Below, piece after piece: positions 1 to 15,124 of a DNA stretch of 64,000 nt (position 1 is the stretch's first letter; each line of letters starts with the position of its first letter). Under the pieces are notes generated by a model. That model had not been told where the DNA came from. It ran no database searches and was given only the letters and a program-made list of their open reading frames with translations. The stretch is from Trichinella spiralis. Taxonomy: Eukaryota. A program made the translations under genes and the position numbers. Location of the stretch: the NCBI RefSeq assembly GCF_000181795.1, contig NW_003526943.1, positions 7,523,566-7,587,565 on the forward strand, in the 5' to 3' direction.

Positions 1-1096
1 AATTTTTTATCAAAATATATTCCAAAGTGCACTTCATATTATATTATTTTAACAGCGGTTTTTTAGAATATTATTTGGTAAAAGAAAAATGAACAAACTT
101 TTGATTTCTTCGGTGGTTTCTTTTTCGACTTCACAGAACGCTAAAAAAATAACAATTAAGCAGTTTCAGCTGCAGCGCAGTTTTCTTATTTAGATAGTAT
201 ATATTTATTAATTTTTATTTATTATAAAACAAGTTTTATTTATAAGCACAGTAATTTAATATTTATAAAAAACAATGTATTTTTGTATATGACTCTTAGC
301 ATTTAAATGCATAATGAAATGTCTGTGATAATTTTATACATACCGCTACCGAACGCTCCGAAACTTCACTCTTTTTCTGGGTCTAAATTAAAATATTTAA
401 AAAATTTTCATATAATTTTTTTTCAATCTAAGGTTTTATAAATAATTTGGGAATACAGAACACAGCAGTTCAAAGACTTTTATTCTGTTTAATATCTATA
501 TCATTTTTGATTTTCAATTTGTTAAACTTTTACATTACATTTATGGATTAAACTTTTAATAACGCTTCAAAATACTTATTTTGATTTAAATTAAAGAAAA
601 TCTTGAACGTGAATCTGAACTTATTAAATCATGTACTCTATACTGCATTAAATAATCCATTTTTATGAAAAATGAATTTACACATAGCATGTCAATGCGT
701 ATTGACCTTGTGTGATTTAGTTTTAACTTTTATACACTGCAAAACGTAGGTTTCATATCTTATTAATTTAAGGTAAATATTGAAAAGATAGTAATTTTAA
801 AAAGAATACATACCTTTGATACGTTGTGGTCATCGACAAAGGCGGTAACCTATTAAATAAATGATATATTAAACATTTCATTCGATTTAATTTTATTGTT
901 TTTAAATTACTGAAATTTCTGATCAGCTTAATTAATAAAATTACTAGCAGAATCAATTAATGAATAATGAGCAAAATAATAGTAAATGTATGGGAAAATC
1001 TTAGGATGTATTTTGCTAAATTGAAATACTGTTTAAAATTTCTAGTAAAAATTTTCTACAAGTTGAATGTCAAAATAATTATAAAATTTAAAAAAA

Positions 1097-2695
1097 TTAA
1101 GGGATTGCTATGGTACAAAGGTGTAAAGAGAATTTCTGTCGAAAAAGATGAAACACAATTTTGAAGATTAGATAATACGGGTAATAAATTTGATGTCCTA
1201 CCGATTGCTGCAGGTTTGCTATAGGTACCACTTTCTAAAATTGACAAAATTATTTAAAAGTCGGCAAATAATTATAATTTCAAACTTACCAAAGTTCGTT
1301 TAGTTACCGTTCTTTCCTAAAACAAACAGTGCTATTATTAATTGAATTCAGCTATTTGAATGAGTGAAAAAATATTAAATTTCTTGAAATTTAATTCATT
1401 CATCACACAGTATTTAAATGAAATTAATGCATTTAAATTGGCAGAGAACAATCCACTTACACATAACAGACCGGCAGAAAGTATCGTTAGAAAAACTATT
1501 GCACAAGCAGCTGGGATGCCAACATTCAAGAAATAAAATTTTAACAATCTGTTCTGTGAAATATCACGGGCTTTTTTAGGAGGCAGTACTAAAACACTTT
1601 TTAAATTGAGATCAATAAATGAAAACTTCCTTTTCACCTACTTTCACAGGTATCCTTTGCAAATACATAAGTTTCACCTTGTTTACACTTTACTTTTGCA
1701 CACGGAATTCTGTCTAAAGTAAAAATAATTGGGTTTCCATAATTATGATCATAATTAATTATAAATTAGTGAGATACTGCAAAAGCACAATGAAATGATA
1801 ATTTCTTTCAACTATGCATAAAAATCAGTATGTAATCAGAATATTTATGAACTGACAAATGCTAAATTCTGAAAAGTACTTACCACCTCCAGGTGCGCAA
1901 ACACAACTCTTTTCAACACCACCAATCTCTACGTAACATTCTTTCAACGGTTCAGTTGAGCAAAAGTATCTGTTAAACTTGTTTATTGTACTGCAGTCAT
2001 ACAACTCTTGAGCATTCCATTTTATTGAGAAAAGATGGACATAGTCTTTAGGAAATACCAAACATAGAGGAACTTTAGGAAATGCTTGAACTGCGTATTT
2101 TGCATCTCGTGATAAACTTAATTTAAAGGTGTTTTCTTCCATCCAGTTATCATCATGTACACCAATGTCTATGTATTTAACGTTATCCATTCCATATGCA
2201 AGTTTAATCCGTGAAACAACTGATTTATTTTCTCTTGCAGGAATTATTTCAATAACTCGATAACCGTTCAAGACAACATCCAGGTCATCAACATCTTTTA
2301 TTTTTTCAAAACCATGATATTCCAGAGTTTCAGGTATAAAAACATCATATTTAGTGATTTGCCTGCTCACGGAAATTTGAAAAGGATGGATGTAACTGTC
2401 ATGATATGCTTCGTAGCAGTCTCTCCACGCATCGATGTAAGTCATAGAATGAATACTTTTTGCCATTTCCCTCTTTCTTAAAACCACGCATCTTCCTTTC
2501 TCATAAAACCCACTGATGGAAGCGTCCATGTTATGTGGACAATAATGATCATCAGCAAGGCATCCATTAAGCAACATCAGTGCAGAAAGCACTAACAGTC
2601 CACAATGCACATTCTAAATAAATTAATTACTTTTAACAAAGCATTAAATGAAAAAGACTAAGTAGTTAAATAAATCTTACCAAATCCATTGTCAT
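1097..2695 (-). CDS. Multi-exon type-I membrane protein: signal peptide, Cys-rich (possibly C-type-lectin-like) ectodomain, one TM helix, short tail
   Basis: In-frame GT-AG exons 2695-2681 (MTMDL), 2613-1884 (NVHCGLLVLSALMLLNGCLA...SCVCAPGG), 1713-1638, 1548-1461 (VGIPAACAIVFLTILSAGLLC), 1316-1290 and 1234-1097 (may contain one more intron). The family call is tentative. Confidence 0.65.
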
Positions 2696-2892
2696 TCTTA
2701 CCAGAAACAGTATCGCTTTAATGGTTGTTGGAAAATGAGACATCTCCCGCCGACCAACGAAAACACAAAGACAAAAATGATTGTAGTTAAATTTTTAAAA
2801 ATAAGTATCAGCTTCTTATTTCAAAATTGTTTAAATTTAAACTTTTCTAAGTTTAAAATAAAGGTTTGGTACTACTCGGTCCCACGTTACTC

Positions 2893-3021
2893 TTATTGGT
2901 CGTTGACCGCGCTATTTTATTGGGCCGGCAAGTCGTTGTCTTATTGGTTTTCCTTGTCTAATTGCTCATTGATTCAAACTCTTCAGTTGTGATTAGCTGT
3001 AATATTTTTTCATTTCATTGG
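2893..3021 (-). promoter_or_regulatory. Phased CCAAT-like motif array upstream of the minus-strand gene
   Basis: ATTGG at 2895, 2919, 2943 and 3017, with variants ATTGA at 2968 and ATTAG at 2992. Spacing is 24-25 bp. Confidence 0.35.
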
Positions 3022-3784
3022 TTCAAATATTCCATTTAGGATTACGTAACTTTAATAATAGTGACGTAACATAAAAAATGGAAATATTTATTGTTCCAAA
3101 ATTTTATTGTCTGTTTGAAGTTTCGTCATTCATTGAAATTTTGTTTATTTAAATATATTATTTGTGGTGAAGTTTATACTTTTTCGTGATCAGCATTCCC
3201 GAAAATAATTTTTATCATTATTCTATATTTTATTGTACCAAAGTGACGTTATATCAAATGCGATAGTAATAATTCAGAAAAAACAATACAAAAAATAAGT
3301 TAAATAGTGATTTTTATTTTTCACTAGCCAACAGCACTAACAACAATAGTAAAAAACAACAGTGAACGGCACTAACAAAGTGGAAACAACGAAAAAGGAA
3401 AAAACTAAATAATAGAATACAATGAAATAAAAAACTTATATAAATATGCGCTGACCAGGAGCATTCTTATCTTCTTCCTTGTTTCTTTTTCGGTCCATTA
3501 CCGATTTTCCTCCTGATATACAAGTCTGCTCTGACTGTTTGTAAATAAATTTGTTGNCTGTTGAAATTTATCAAGATTGGATGTTAACTTCCGGGTGTAA
3601 TGTCAGAATACTGAATAATCTGTTTGAAAAATCTGGAATGTTCTAGCAACACTTTTAATTTCCGGGTTACAAATGNNNNNNNNNNTGTGGTGGATTCGGT
3701 CCAATTAATAAATTACCTATTGTTTTAATTTATATATTGAATTGTAATTTCTACCACCAAAGACATTACCTAACCGACCATCAT

Positions 3785-5655
3785 TACATTTTAATTTTCG
3801 CTGTTGATTCTTCACTTTTGAATTTCATGGACAACAATCATATATAACCGCACCCACAACCAATAACATGATGCTGTTACAACGTATAAACAATTACTAA
3901 CGGCTGGTCTTTGTTCTGCTACACTTTTTCAAAATTTCGTGATTTTTTCATATGTGTGTTTCTTGCATTGTCTTTCATCCTTTCAATTTAATTCACATAT
4001 TAAAATATTTTTTTTCTCGTGCTTGTGACATGTTTGTTAAACTATTTGCCCGTACGTTGGAAAAATGAAATTATATTACCCAACCCAAACCAGGAGCATC
4101 AAAATATACTTTCAGCAGCTGAAATGAAACAATGTTAAACTTGTTCATTTTGCATTCATTTATTAAAATGCTAAAATGTGAAACTAAAATTGTTTCTATT
4201 TCCTTATCCAAATTATTGCTGCAATATTAAAATTAAGAAATAACGAAAAAGATCAACTGATGCAATTGAAAACCATTAATGAATATCAGTAAAATTTAAG
4301 AAAAGTAGATGATTTATTGAAGAAGAAATTTTCAGGTTAACCTTTTAATAAAATAATAATTAATAAGAAAAAAAATTATATTTAGCTACTTTTCAAAAAG
4401 CATACAACGTTCGCAATATAAACAATGTACAGAAATTTAAGAAAAAGTTTTAGACATCATTTCCCAGAAGTGTTAATATAATCGAATGTCAATCTACTAA
4501 CTATTAATTGTAATATTGAATGATAAATTTTATTCATATAATTGTGCTTAACAAAAAGTCACTTTAATGTTGAATTTCCTGCTGTATAAAAAGCAGTTGT
4601 TTATAAATAAATGCTTTTGTTTGTTAAATATATGGTCAAATCATGTAGAATAATTATTTTAAAATGTCATTTCATGCACTAACTTATGTAACAGTTAGTT
4701 TACTTTTAAGTAATGGTTGCATACAGATGTCTGCATAAATATTATTTTAAAAATATTTAATTAAATAACTCTTGCACTGACCATTTTTAGTTTTTATTAC
4801 GACGCAAAGTGATTAACTGGATAATGAAGCATTATAACATTACATGTAGCGATTAACTATTCTGATAGCAAGTAAGAAGTTTCTATCAAGTTCTGAAATC
4901 CTCAAACTGAATTATTTAACGAAAACGTTGTAAAATGTAATAACAAGCAAAACAAAGTCGTATTATTGAGTTGAAAAGTTATTATTTTTACATTCAATTA
5001 CAACTTAATGCTGCTTAATATTAGCCACCGCTTAATATTGTGCCTGTCCAAATAATAATGCTATTATTGGTTGTGTTAATTACAATTATGTAATTAAAAA
5101 ATTATATTTATGCAAATCTGGTCAGAAATGGTGTGCTTTAATAATGCAAATATCTGCAGTTTACAAATTATGCATTATTATTTATATATAACCAGTTTTG
5201 CTGACATTGTTTATCACTTTGTAACAGTGATGCATTTAGAACAAACCTGCTTCTGATATATAGATGGCGGCATTTTATTTGTTGACAACGAATAATGCAA
5301 TGTGTCACGGTTATGATAGCAATAAAAGTAAACAATGAAACATTAATTCATGCACCGCAATATACTTTATAATTGGTGAGAAAATTACATCTGACAATGG
5401 GTTTTAATTAAATGTTGAAAAAATGCTTAAATTAGATCAATTTTTTAAATGAAAAAACTTTTTCCAATACTCTTAAATTTAGAATTCATTAGCCATATAA
5501 ACTTTAAAAATAAATTTATGTATAAATAATACCTGATATTTAAAGGCAATTTTTACTATGCATAAATGATATTAATGTATATTGTAAATGTAAGAAATGT
5601 TCTACTTTTATGTCCTTATATATATAATCGTCAAATTAGTAATAACCCCTGTTAA
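3785..5655 (+). repeat. Direct duplicate of 9465-11347, filling nearly all of a gap-bounded contig
   Basis: Near-identical from about 4100 to 5450. Similarity decays toward both N gaps. Confidence 0.9.
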
Positions 5656-5665
5656 NNNNNNNNNN

Positions 5666-6425
5666 TGCACATCGTTGTGCATTTAACTAATAAAGTTATA
5701 AAGTGTGAGTTAGGTGGTATTCATTAAAAAAAATAAAAAGTATAAAAATAATATATTATTGTTTAAGCACCTCGCCTTATATAATACACAATACAAGTAG
5801 ATAGGTCGCAGTCGAGAAAAGTTGAGAATCACTGCATTTGACAATAGTAGTCATAGCAGCGCTGACACAGCTGTACATAGGTTAACGACGTTGGACAAAT
5901 TAAAGATGTCATAAAGCCATCAGAAAAAGAAGTCCATGTCCTAAGTAAGTAATAGTTAAGCATTGTCCATAGGAAATGAAAAATGTGGTCATATTGCAAT
6001 GATAAAAAGTAAGAAACTAGCAAAGCGTTTGTAAATGGATGTCAGTCGCAAATGGTGCAACAGCAGTTCGGAATTAACACCGTAATGTACGTATCAACTT
6101 TGAAAAGAAGTTGTTTCCAACAATTTTAATCAGACTATTTAAAATGTTTAGGTATTACAGTGCTTGATTGTTCAAATGGGTGGTGTCCGAAGCCGCACCA
6201 TGGGTATTTGGATGGCAGCAGTTGATTCAGGGTTCAATTTTTTTTGCACATTTTTGGAATATATCTCGTTGAAAGAGTTGGACGCAGAAAAGTCTTACTT
6301 GGAAGTACCATAGGTAGCGCCAAATTTGATTATTAAATAAGTTGATTCGCTGCATATAATATTTTCAATTTTAAGGTGTTGTTTTAAGTATGATTGTTCA
6401 AGCCAGTCGATTCACCATATGTGCA
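5666..6425 (+). pseudogene. Degraded copy of 18171-18925 (hAT MITE right end plus sugar-transporter exons); pseudogene fragment or low-quality redundant contig
   Basis: Shares runs such as ggaattaacaccgtaatgtacgtatcaac and gttgaaagagttggacgcagaaaagt with the transporter gene. It has many indels and sits between two gaps. Confidence 0.8.
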
Positions 6426-9400
6426 ATTGAGTCACCAGTCCCAGAACAATAGGAAAAAAGATTGTATGAATGTACAAGCATTAATTTAATTGTTGCCAGC
6501 CAATTCGATGCACCACAGATTAAATGTTGTCAGTGAAATAAATACAGTAGCATTTCACGTTAATGATAAAATTACAGCAGACAGAGCATCTTACATGACC
6601 ACAGAATATAAAGCATAAAGAAGAAATAAAGCTGATAAGGCGAGGAAAACTAAAAAGCAATCCATCATCAAATTAAAGTGTGTTCAAAAATAAAATCACA
6701 TAAGGATAATTAATAAGGAAAATGCATCTATGTACAGTATTTCAATTGGCAAACTGGAAAGAGAAGGTTCATAAAGAATGTCCAAAGAGAGACAAGCACA
6801 CATCGCATCCATCAAATGTAAATCAGTGCTGTATGATAAGAGGAGCGAGGTTTCATAAGATGCGAAGGCAAGAATTACATTCAGGGAGAATCCACCACAG
6901 NNNNNNNNNNACTATTTATAGCTAGATAGTCTAGAAGCAGTTTTGCCAAAGTTAGATGTAGCAAGGAATCCTCTCTACCCATTGTTGAATTGCTCTTTTA
7001 ATTATTTTTCAGCTTTTGGAACATATGATAAAACGGAAGGGAAACATATAAATGAATAACTATAACTTCATCTGAAGCATGCAATAGCTAATTTTGATAA
7101 TGTCACAAGCAATCAGTATTCATAAGACAAAAGTGAGATGTGTCCAAAAAATTTTTATCTTCAGATGTTTTTATACACGATTTTATTCAGCTTTTTAATT
7201 TCAACTGGAATACTTTTCACTTCATCATGGTGAGACTATTTAGTGAGACAAAATATTGATTATATCTTTTCAGAAATGATATTAATAATTTGAATTTAAT
7301 ATTTTAAATTTGCATTTTGCTTTATTTAAAACTGCAAAGTTTTTTACCGTAACTGCAATTGTAATTGTAATGCAGTTCATATGAAAAAAGAGAATTTTGC
7401 AGTTTAACGGTTTTCAAATTTTCTGTCTTCATTTCATTGAAGAGTAAGACAAATTATGCTTTCTCTTTAAGCGGTTTTTCTCGAATTCATTACGTGCATT
7501 ATGTAAAACGGAAATTTGATGGAAAATGTCATTTATTTGTACATGGACATACAAGTTCATTGCACTGACATACGCATTTTTGTGCGTTTAATTGTGGTGT
7601 AGAAATAAAAACAAATATTTTTTGGTTTGTTTCAGTAGCAAATGAAAGCATAAATTTTCATTGACTCTAACAAGAAGCAAGAATGATTTATTGATTCAAT
7701 TTGCATAGCAAAGAATTATTTCAATCGAATTTCATTGCTGTTAAAGTTTGCTTTCATTCTTATTTCTACAATTTTAAACTTCAAAGCTTAGTTATAGTAT
7801 TTCACAAAAAGTTTAAACTCTTTTAAACTTTAAGAATAATCTGTATAAATATCACAATAAACAGCATTAACGAAATAAGCTAAAAGTTCGAAAGGCAATT
7901 CATATTGAGTAACTCATCAGCAATTTAAAAGTAGCAAATATTTTCAAGAAATAAAAAGTTATCACTAACTATTCTCAAACAAATCAGGCGTCATCATGTA
8001 CGTTGTCAATAAGCTCAATTAAAAAAATACGTCAAAATTAACTTATAAGAAAATTAATGAATTTAGTCATTAATATTTTCAGGTTAAAATATTTAATATA
8101 ATCAAAATTAAAATTCAATTTCAAAATTTAATTAAATCAATTTAATTAAAAATATTTGATTTAAATTTAATTTAATCATTAACTTTGGGAAAGATTCAAA
8201 GTAATTTTTAAAGTATTTTTTGCAAGATTTTTACGTATCGTGATAATTATTTATAAATTTTATGTTCAATTTACTAATTTTTTCACAATATAATTAGCAA
8301 TTTATTATTTATTTAAATTAATTTCTAAACTTTTGTCACAATGTGCATCAAAGTTAATTAGCAGCTTATGAATAAAATATACTCTTTTGGTTTGCAGCAA
8401 ATTTTACTTTTTCTTTTAAAAAATACCAGCAACTGTTTGAAATGAAATACTTATTATTAACAAAAATAGCATCAATCAAGACATGAATTTCATTATATCA
8501 TGAATAGATTTGTGCAATGCTTTTTGCGTTGGTAATTGGATGGAATAAGAAGGAAAACAGAAACTTGTATTATTTTATTCCAGAAGAATGAAAATGTCAA
8601 AATGAAAAATAAAAAACTGGATACTATGAAGTGCATAGCATCACCTAAATACTTATTAAGCATACAGTCAATTTTCATTTTATCATCTTTAATAATTTTT
8701 AAATAGTAATTAACTTATCTGCAATGATGCATTTGAAATAGACTTGAAATATTTTGTTTAATTAAATGCAAAAACAGTACAATTTTACCATTCACAGCTG
8801 TCATAATGCAGAATAAAATCTTATAACCACAATTTAGCTTATGCGCTCAACAAAAATACATCAATGTTTAGTAATAAATTAAACTGACAGTGCTAAAAGT
8901 TCTTATTTAAAAAGCTTTTATAAAAATTGCATCATTTAAAAATGAAATTGGCCATTATATTTTTATCAGATGAACAAATTATTAAATACATCTGTAAAAG
9001 AATATTTCTAAGCATATGAGCAAAATACTTTTAAAATTTTAAGAAAGCTTTTTACCAAAAAATATCATTTTTTTGATAAAATATTTTTCAGCTCATAATA
9101 ATTCAATAAAAAGCATTTCCAATTATAACAAATTACAGCAAGCAGCTTACTACTTTTGCAGCGGCTCTGATTTTTTTGCATATTTATGCGTATGTAAATT
9201 CATACTTTAAAAGTTATGAAATTGTTTTCTTTGTTATTTGTTTTAGTTTCCAGTGCACCAGCTTCTCTGCTTTTATTTTCTCAAATCTCAAGTCAAAAAC
9301 GCTTTAATATTTTTATTCTCACTTGCTCTTCTAGTTACTTCTTCAACTTTTATTAACTTCAATAAATGAAACTAATTAACATAATTACTAAATTAATTAA

Positions 9401-9464
9401 TGTAATAACAAATATATTCATATGATAAAATATAAGAAAAAAGAATTTACAGAGCATTCAAACA

Positions 9465-11347
9465 ATACATTTTAATTTTAATAATTTTATTCTTCACTTT
9501 TGAATTTCATGGAAGAAGATCATATTTTAAGGGACGGACGACAGATTATAATATGCAAATACGAAATATTAAGAAAAAAGCATGGTTGCTTTTAAATCTG
9601 CTACCAATTTTCAGAAATTAAAAAATTTTTTCATATGTGTGTTTTGATTCAAAATAATTCATCATTTCATTTTAATAAAACGTAAAAATCAAATATATTT
9701 CTCGTGCATGTGACATGAAATAGAAGCTATTAAGCCGTACGTTGGAAAAATGAAATATATTACCAAACCAAAACAGGAGCATCAAAAAATACTTTCAGCA
9801 GCTGAAATGAAACAATGTTAAACTTGTTCATTTTGCATTCATTTATTAAAATGCTAAATGTGAAACTAAAATTGTTTCTATTTCCTTATCCAAATTATTG
9901 CTGCAATATTAAAATTAAGAAATAACGAAAAAGATCAACTGATGCAATTGAAAACCATTAATGAATATCAGTAAAATTTAAGAAAAGTAGATGATTTATT
10001 GAAGAAGAAATTTTCAAGTTAACCTTTTAATAAAATAATAATTAATAAGAAAAAAAAATTATATTTAGCTACTTTTCAAAAAGCATACAACGTTCGCAAT
10101 ATAAACAATGTACAGAAATTTAAGAAAAAGTTTTAGACATCATTTCCCAGAAGTGTTAATATAATCGAATGTCAATCTACTAACTATTAATTGTAATATT
10201 GAATGATAAATTTTATTCATATAATTGTGCTTAACAAAAAGTCACTTTAATGTTGAATTTCCTGCTGTATAAAAAGCAGTTGTTTATAAATAAATGATTT
10301 TGTTTGTTAAATATATGGTTAAATCATGTAGAATAATTATTTTAAAATGTCATTTCATGCACTAACTTATGTAACAGTTAGTTTACTTTTAAGTAATAGT
10401 TGCATACAGATGTCTGCATAAATATTATTTTAAAAATATTTAATTAAATAACTCTTGCACTGACCATTTTTAGTTTTTATTATGACGCAAAGTGATTAAC
10501 TGGATAATGAAGCATTATAACATTACATGTAGCGATTAACTATTCTGATAGCAAGTAAGAAGTTTCTATCAAGTTCTGAAATCCTCAAACTGAATTATTT
10601 AACGAAAACGTTGTAAAATGTAATAACAAGCAAAACAAAGTCGTATTATTGAGTTGAAAAGTTATTATTTTTACATTCAATTACAACTTAATGCTGCTTA
10701 ATATTAGCCACCGCTTAATACTGTGCCTGTCCAAATAATAATGCTATTATTGGTTGTGTTAATTACAATTATGTAATTAAAAAATTATATTTATGCAAAT
10801 CTGGTCAGAAATGGTATGCTTTAATAATGCAAATATCTGCAGTTTACAAATTATGCATTATTATTTATATATAACCAGTTTTGCTGACATTGTTTATCAC
10901 TTTGTAGCAGTGATGCATTTAGAACAAACCTGCTTCTGATATATAGATGGCGGCATTTTATTTGTTGACAACGAATAATGCAATGTGTCACGGTTATGAT
11001 AGCAATAAAAGTAAACAATGAAACATTAATTCATGCACCGCAATATACTTTATAATTGGTGAGAAAATTACATCTGACAATGGGTTTTAATTAAATGTTG
11101 AAAAAGATGCTTAAATTAGATCAATTTTTTAAATGAAAAAACCTTTTCACAATACTCAGAAAATTAAGAATTCATTAGCCATATAAACTTTAAAAATAAA
11201 TTTCTGTATAAATAATACCTGATATTTAAAGGCAATTTTTACTATGCATAAATGATATTAATGTTATATTGTAAATGTAAGATATGTTCATATTTTCAAT
11301 GTCATTCATATATATATACGTCATTATTAGTAGATACACCCTGTTAA
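9465..11347 (+). repeat. Second copy of the 1.9 kb non-coding duplicate
   Basis: Matches 3785-5655. Confidence 0.9.
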
Positions 11348-14300
11348 ACGGAAAATTTTCAATTTCACTTTGTGTTCAACTATTCCGATGTTGCATCTTG
11401 ATTTGTAGAGGTAGCATGTATAAGCTGTTCGTTAGTACTAAATAAAATGAAAATATCATGGTAAATTATATAAAATGACAATAAAATTTTTAATCCGAAA
11501 AGCATATTCATGTGCTGATTTGCATCCTATTCGTAGAATAGATTCGTTTATCATTATTTGCAAAACAAGTCAGCTTTATAATTCTGAAATTTTGTATAAA
11601 CTGTAATTCACTTTCCTGCCAAAGAATCAATAGCGTATTTGAATGATGAATAGCTGAAATATTCAAATGTGAAAATTTTATTTTCCAAGAAAATTTTAAT
11701 TTTATATGCAATCAAAAATATTAAAAATGTATTACCTTTAGCACTATCTTAGGTGAATTGTAAATATTTCAATGGAGAAAATTAATGAAATATATTTATT
11801 GTGATCATCAACATGAGAGAGCATGATAAATGTTGAAATGAGAATTATTAAAATTTAATCAGTTCTGTTGAACTAATCAACTGCGTTTTATTTATTCTTT
11901 GTTTATTGTACATGCTTTAAAGAAAATTTACTGTTATTTGTTAATTGATGTGTTAATTAATTTAGGACTTTCATTTGAATACATGCCCTTGAAATCGAAA
12001 GGAAACTTTCTACAATATATACTTTTTCCATCACTGATTGATTTTATAAGTTATTTAAACAGTATCCATGCAAATATTGTGCAATGCTTCAGTGAGTATT
12101 GTCTTGAAAAAACGATTAGTAAAGAAGCTTAAAATTCTGAACAAACACAATGAATAGAAACTTTAAAGCATAAAAAGAAGTTTTTATAACATCAAATTTG
12201 AATAAATCAATCCTATAAAATAAATGACAGTTCAAAAAGCTGGGAAATTCATAGTATTTTGCTTATTTTCAGTGTTGGAAGAATGCAGTGTGACTATTCA
12301 TTTAAATTTTTTATTATTAAAATATAACATTTTTAATGAAAAATAATAAGAAATAAATTAAATGATAGATATATATTTGTTTCCTAGTAGCAGTTATTTT
12401 TAAAAGAGATAACCCTGAGCATCTTATTACTGAAGCTAACTGAGATCCAAATTGTGAAACATTCATGAAAGCTGAAAACTGTTATAAAATGTGAACAACT
12501 TATTAAAACTCATGAAATTTATTTAAAAAAAGCTGAAAACCATTTGAAATATTTTTCAAATGTGCGTGTTTTAAAATAATTGAATAAGAAACCAAACAAA
12601 GGTTATTAACAGAGTACATTTAGCTATTTTAAGCTGTAGAATCCCAAACTCAGCAACAACAGTGATGTTTGTAAAATTGAGAATATTTAAATGAAATAAG
12701 TCATTTTAAAATAATATCGATTGTTTTATTTGCTACATAAAAACGCCAAAACTGAAGCATACCCTTGAAAGTAACATTTGAACTCCAATTTATTTTCTGG
12801 AAAGTTACTTTTTGGCATAAAACTGTAAAATAAATAATAAATCAGCGCATGTTGAAAAGTATCATTAAACTTTTAATATCAAATTAATTTTAAAAAATAA
12901 TAAATAAAAATGAAGCCTACAGTTTATGCTTTTGATAATAATGATTACAAAACGATGAATTTAAAAAGGGCTTTGAAAATAAAAATTATTCAAACTGGAT
13001 TTCAGATTCTATTTAAAAGCTCTATTACAAAATTTTTTGTTATGGAACCACAGCGTGAACAAAAGCTATTTGTACATTGATCAATGGCTTCTCATGCTAG
13101 CAGACATGTAAAAAATATAATTTTTACCGGATGTATTTGTTTATAATAATATTTCTCTGTTTGCGTTAAACTTTACAAAACGCCATAACAAGAAATATGC
13201 CATATTTTAAAAATGCTTTGAAGCTTCAAATAAATATAGGGCAAAGTTTTGAAACTTTATCATGACATGATTGCGTGATTTTTAATTTTTTTGTTTTTGT
13301 TTATTGTTGGCATGTTAATTCATACAAGCGGTGCAATTTAATTTTAAAATATTTCAGCTACAATAGTAATGATGATAAAGAGTTTTTTTTTATTTCAAAA
13401 AGAAAGTCTAAAAAAATTCAACAAATGTTGATATGGAGTGGTAAATTATTATACAAAATTCCTTCACACATAAATAATATTTGAAGATTCGCACTGACAA
13501 ATTTATTTGTATGATCATTTCAATTAAATGTAAATAGAAATATTAATGCAGTACTTCTTATGCTACTTGATGGAAAGTAATGAAAGCGTAAAAATCAATT
13601 TGACTGTTTAACGAATTAGTCGCTACTGCTTCATGTTCAAGTTTGATATCAATAATTTACCAATAATGCCATTAAATATTGACATGAAATTTGCATAATC
13701 ATTAATCAAATGTTTTCAAGCTTAAAATGGACTTGTATCATATCATGCAGTTAGAATAAAGTGCAGATGTAGTTTTTGTATGTTATTTTATTTTGAAACA
13801 TTACTTCTGGATAATTGAAAGAAATTTTATTTTTTTATTTTATGCGCATACTTTTGCCGTCATATTTGAAAAGTGATAATTGAAACAATTATTTTTTGTA
13901 ATAATAACGCATATTAATGCCTTCACGGCGGTATTTGTTGAATGAAATATTGGAAAAATTTGCCATTAATTAAAAATTCATAAATAAAAATGCCAAGAAT
14001 TGAATATTGGACTGATTGTCAACAGATGATAATGGCTGAACCATTTTTTTTCTAAAAATTTTACAATTCAAGCAATGGTGCTTACATATCTGACAGAACA
14101 TAACCTGAAAAAATTTTATTTGAGAACATTAAGAGTATTTTAATTTAAATATATCTCAAAATTAAGATTTGAATGCCTCAGTTGTGTTCTGCTGAAAGTA
14201 TCGCTAATAATTAAAAAACTTGAGATAATCAAAAGATAGATAGCATTGAAATTATTATGAAGAATGAAATATTGGACATGATTAATTTTTTGAGTAAATT

Positions 14301-15124
14301 TGTATGTATAATATGTATAATTTGAAATCTTGTATAAAAATAAGTTACGCATTATTTTGATGCACTGTGTTTATTTTACACTTGGAAAGTGGTTCCTCTG
14401 AAGCAGTACTGCACAGTGAAATTAATAAATTTAGTTACAAAAACATGCATTACATGCAATGAGACAATTTATTTTGTAAAGTTAAGATATGAGAAGAAAT
14501 AGCTAACGGTTGGTTGGTTGGTTGATTAGCATGGCATGCTGTTCAAGGGAATTCTTCTACAAGTCATCTGGTTAAGCTAGTTAAGTGGTAATAAATGAAA
14601 TACCTCAATGGATCACAAATGGAAAGTTGATATCCCATTATTTGTCAGGTAATGATCATCATTTGATTAAGATTTTAAATTCTCATTCTCATTAATTTTA
14701 TGTATATCAATGAGATTATTGCCAGTATTTTTGACAAACGATGGACATATCGGTAATGAAAAGTAATTATCATATAATCATAAAGTGGCGGAAAAATTTG
14801 TCATCCCAACTAATGTCACAACTGCATAAGGTGGTTTTGTACATGACGTCAAAATGAAACTAAAGCGATAACGATTGGCCAGTCGATCAAGCTTATTATT
14901 ATTATTATTATTATTATAATGCAAGCTCTCCTGTTCTACCGGAACATTTCTGAAAGCAAGAACTTGTCTTGACAGGCACGTTTCAAAAATTGTCATCTAT
15001 TTATGAGTCGAATCTGATTCAATTCAACAGGTATGTAAAAACCAGACTCTCGAAATTGCTGCTATATTCTGCTGATAGCTCTGCTTTATTGTTTACAAAA
15101 TTGTTTGCTTGATCAACGCCAAGT

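Noticed and set aside
3440..3675. Possible coding exon next to the first gap
   Set aside because: Stops in the frames I read, an ambiguous base, and no recognisable motif.
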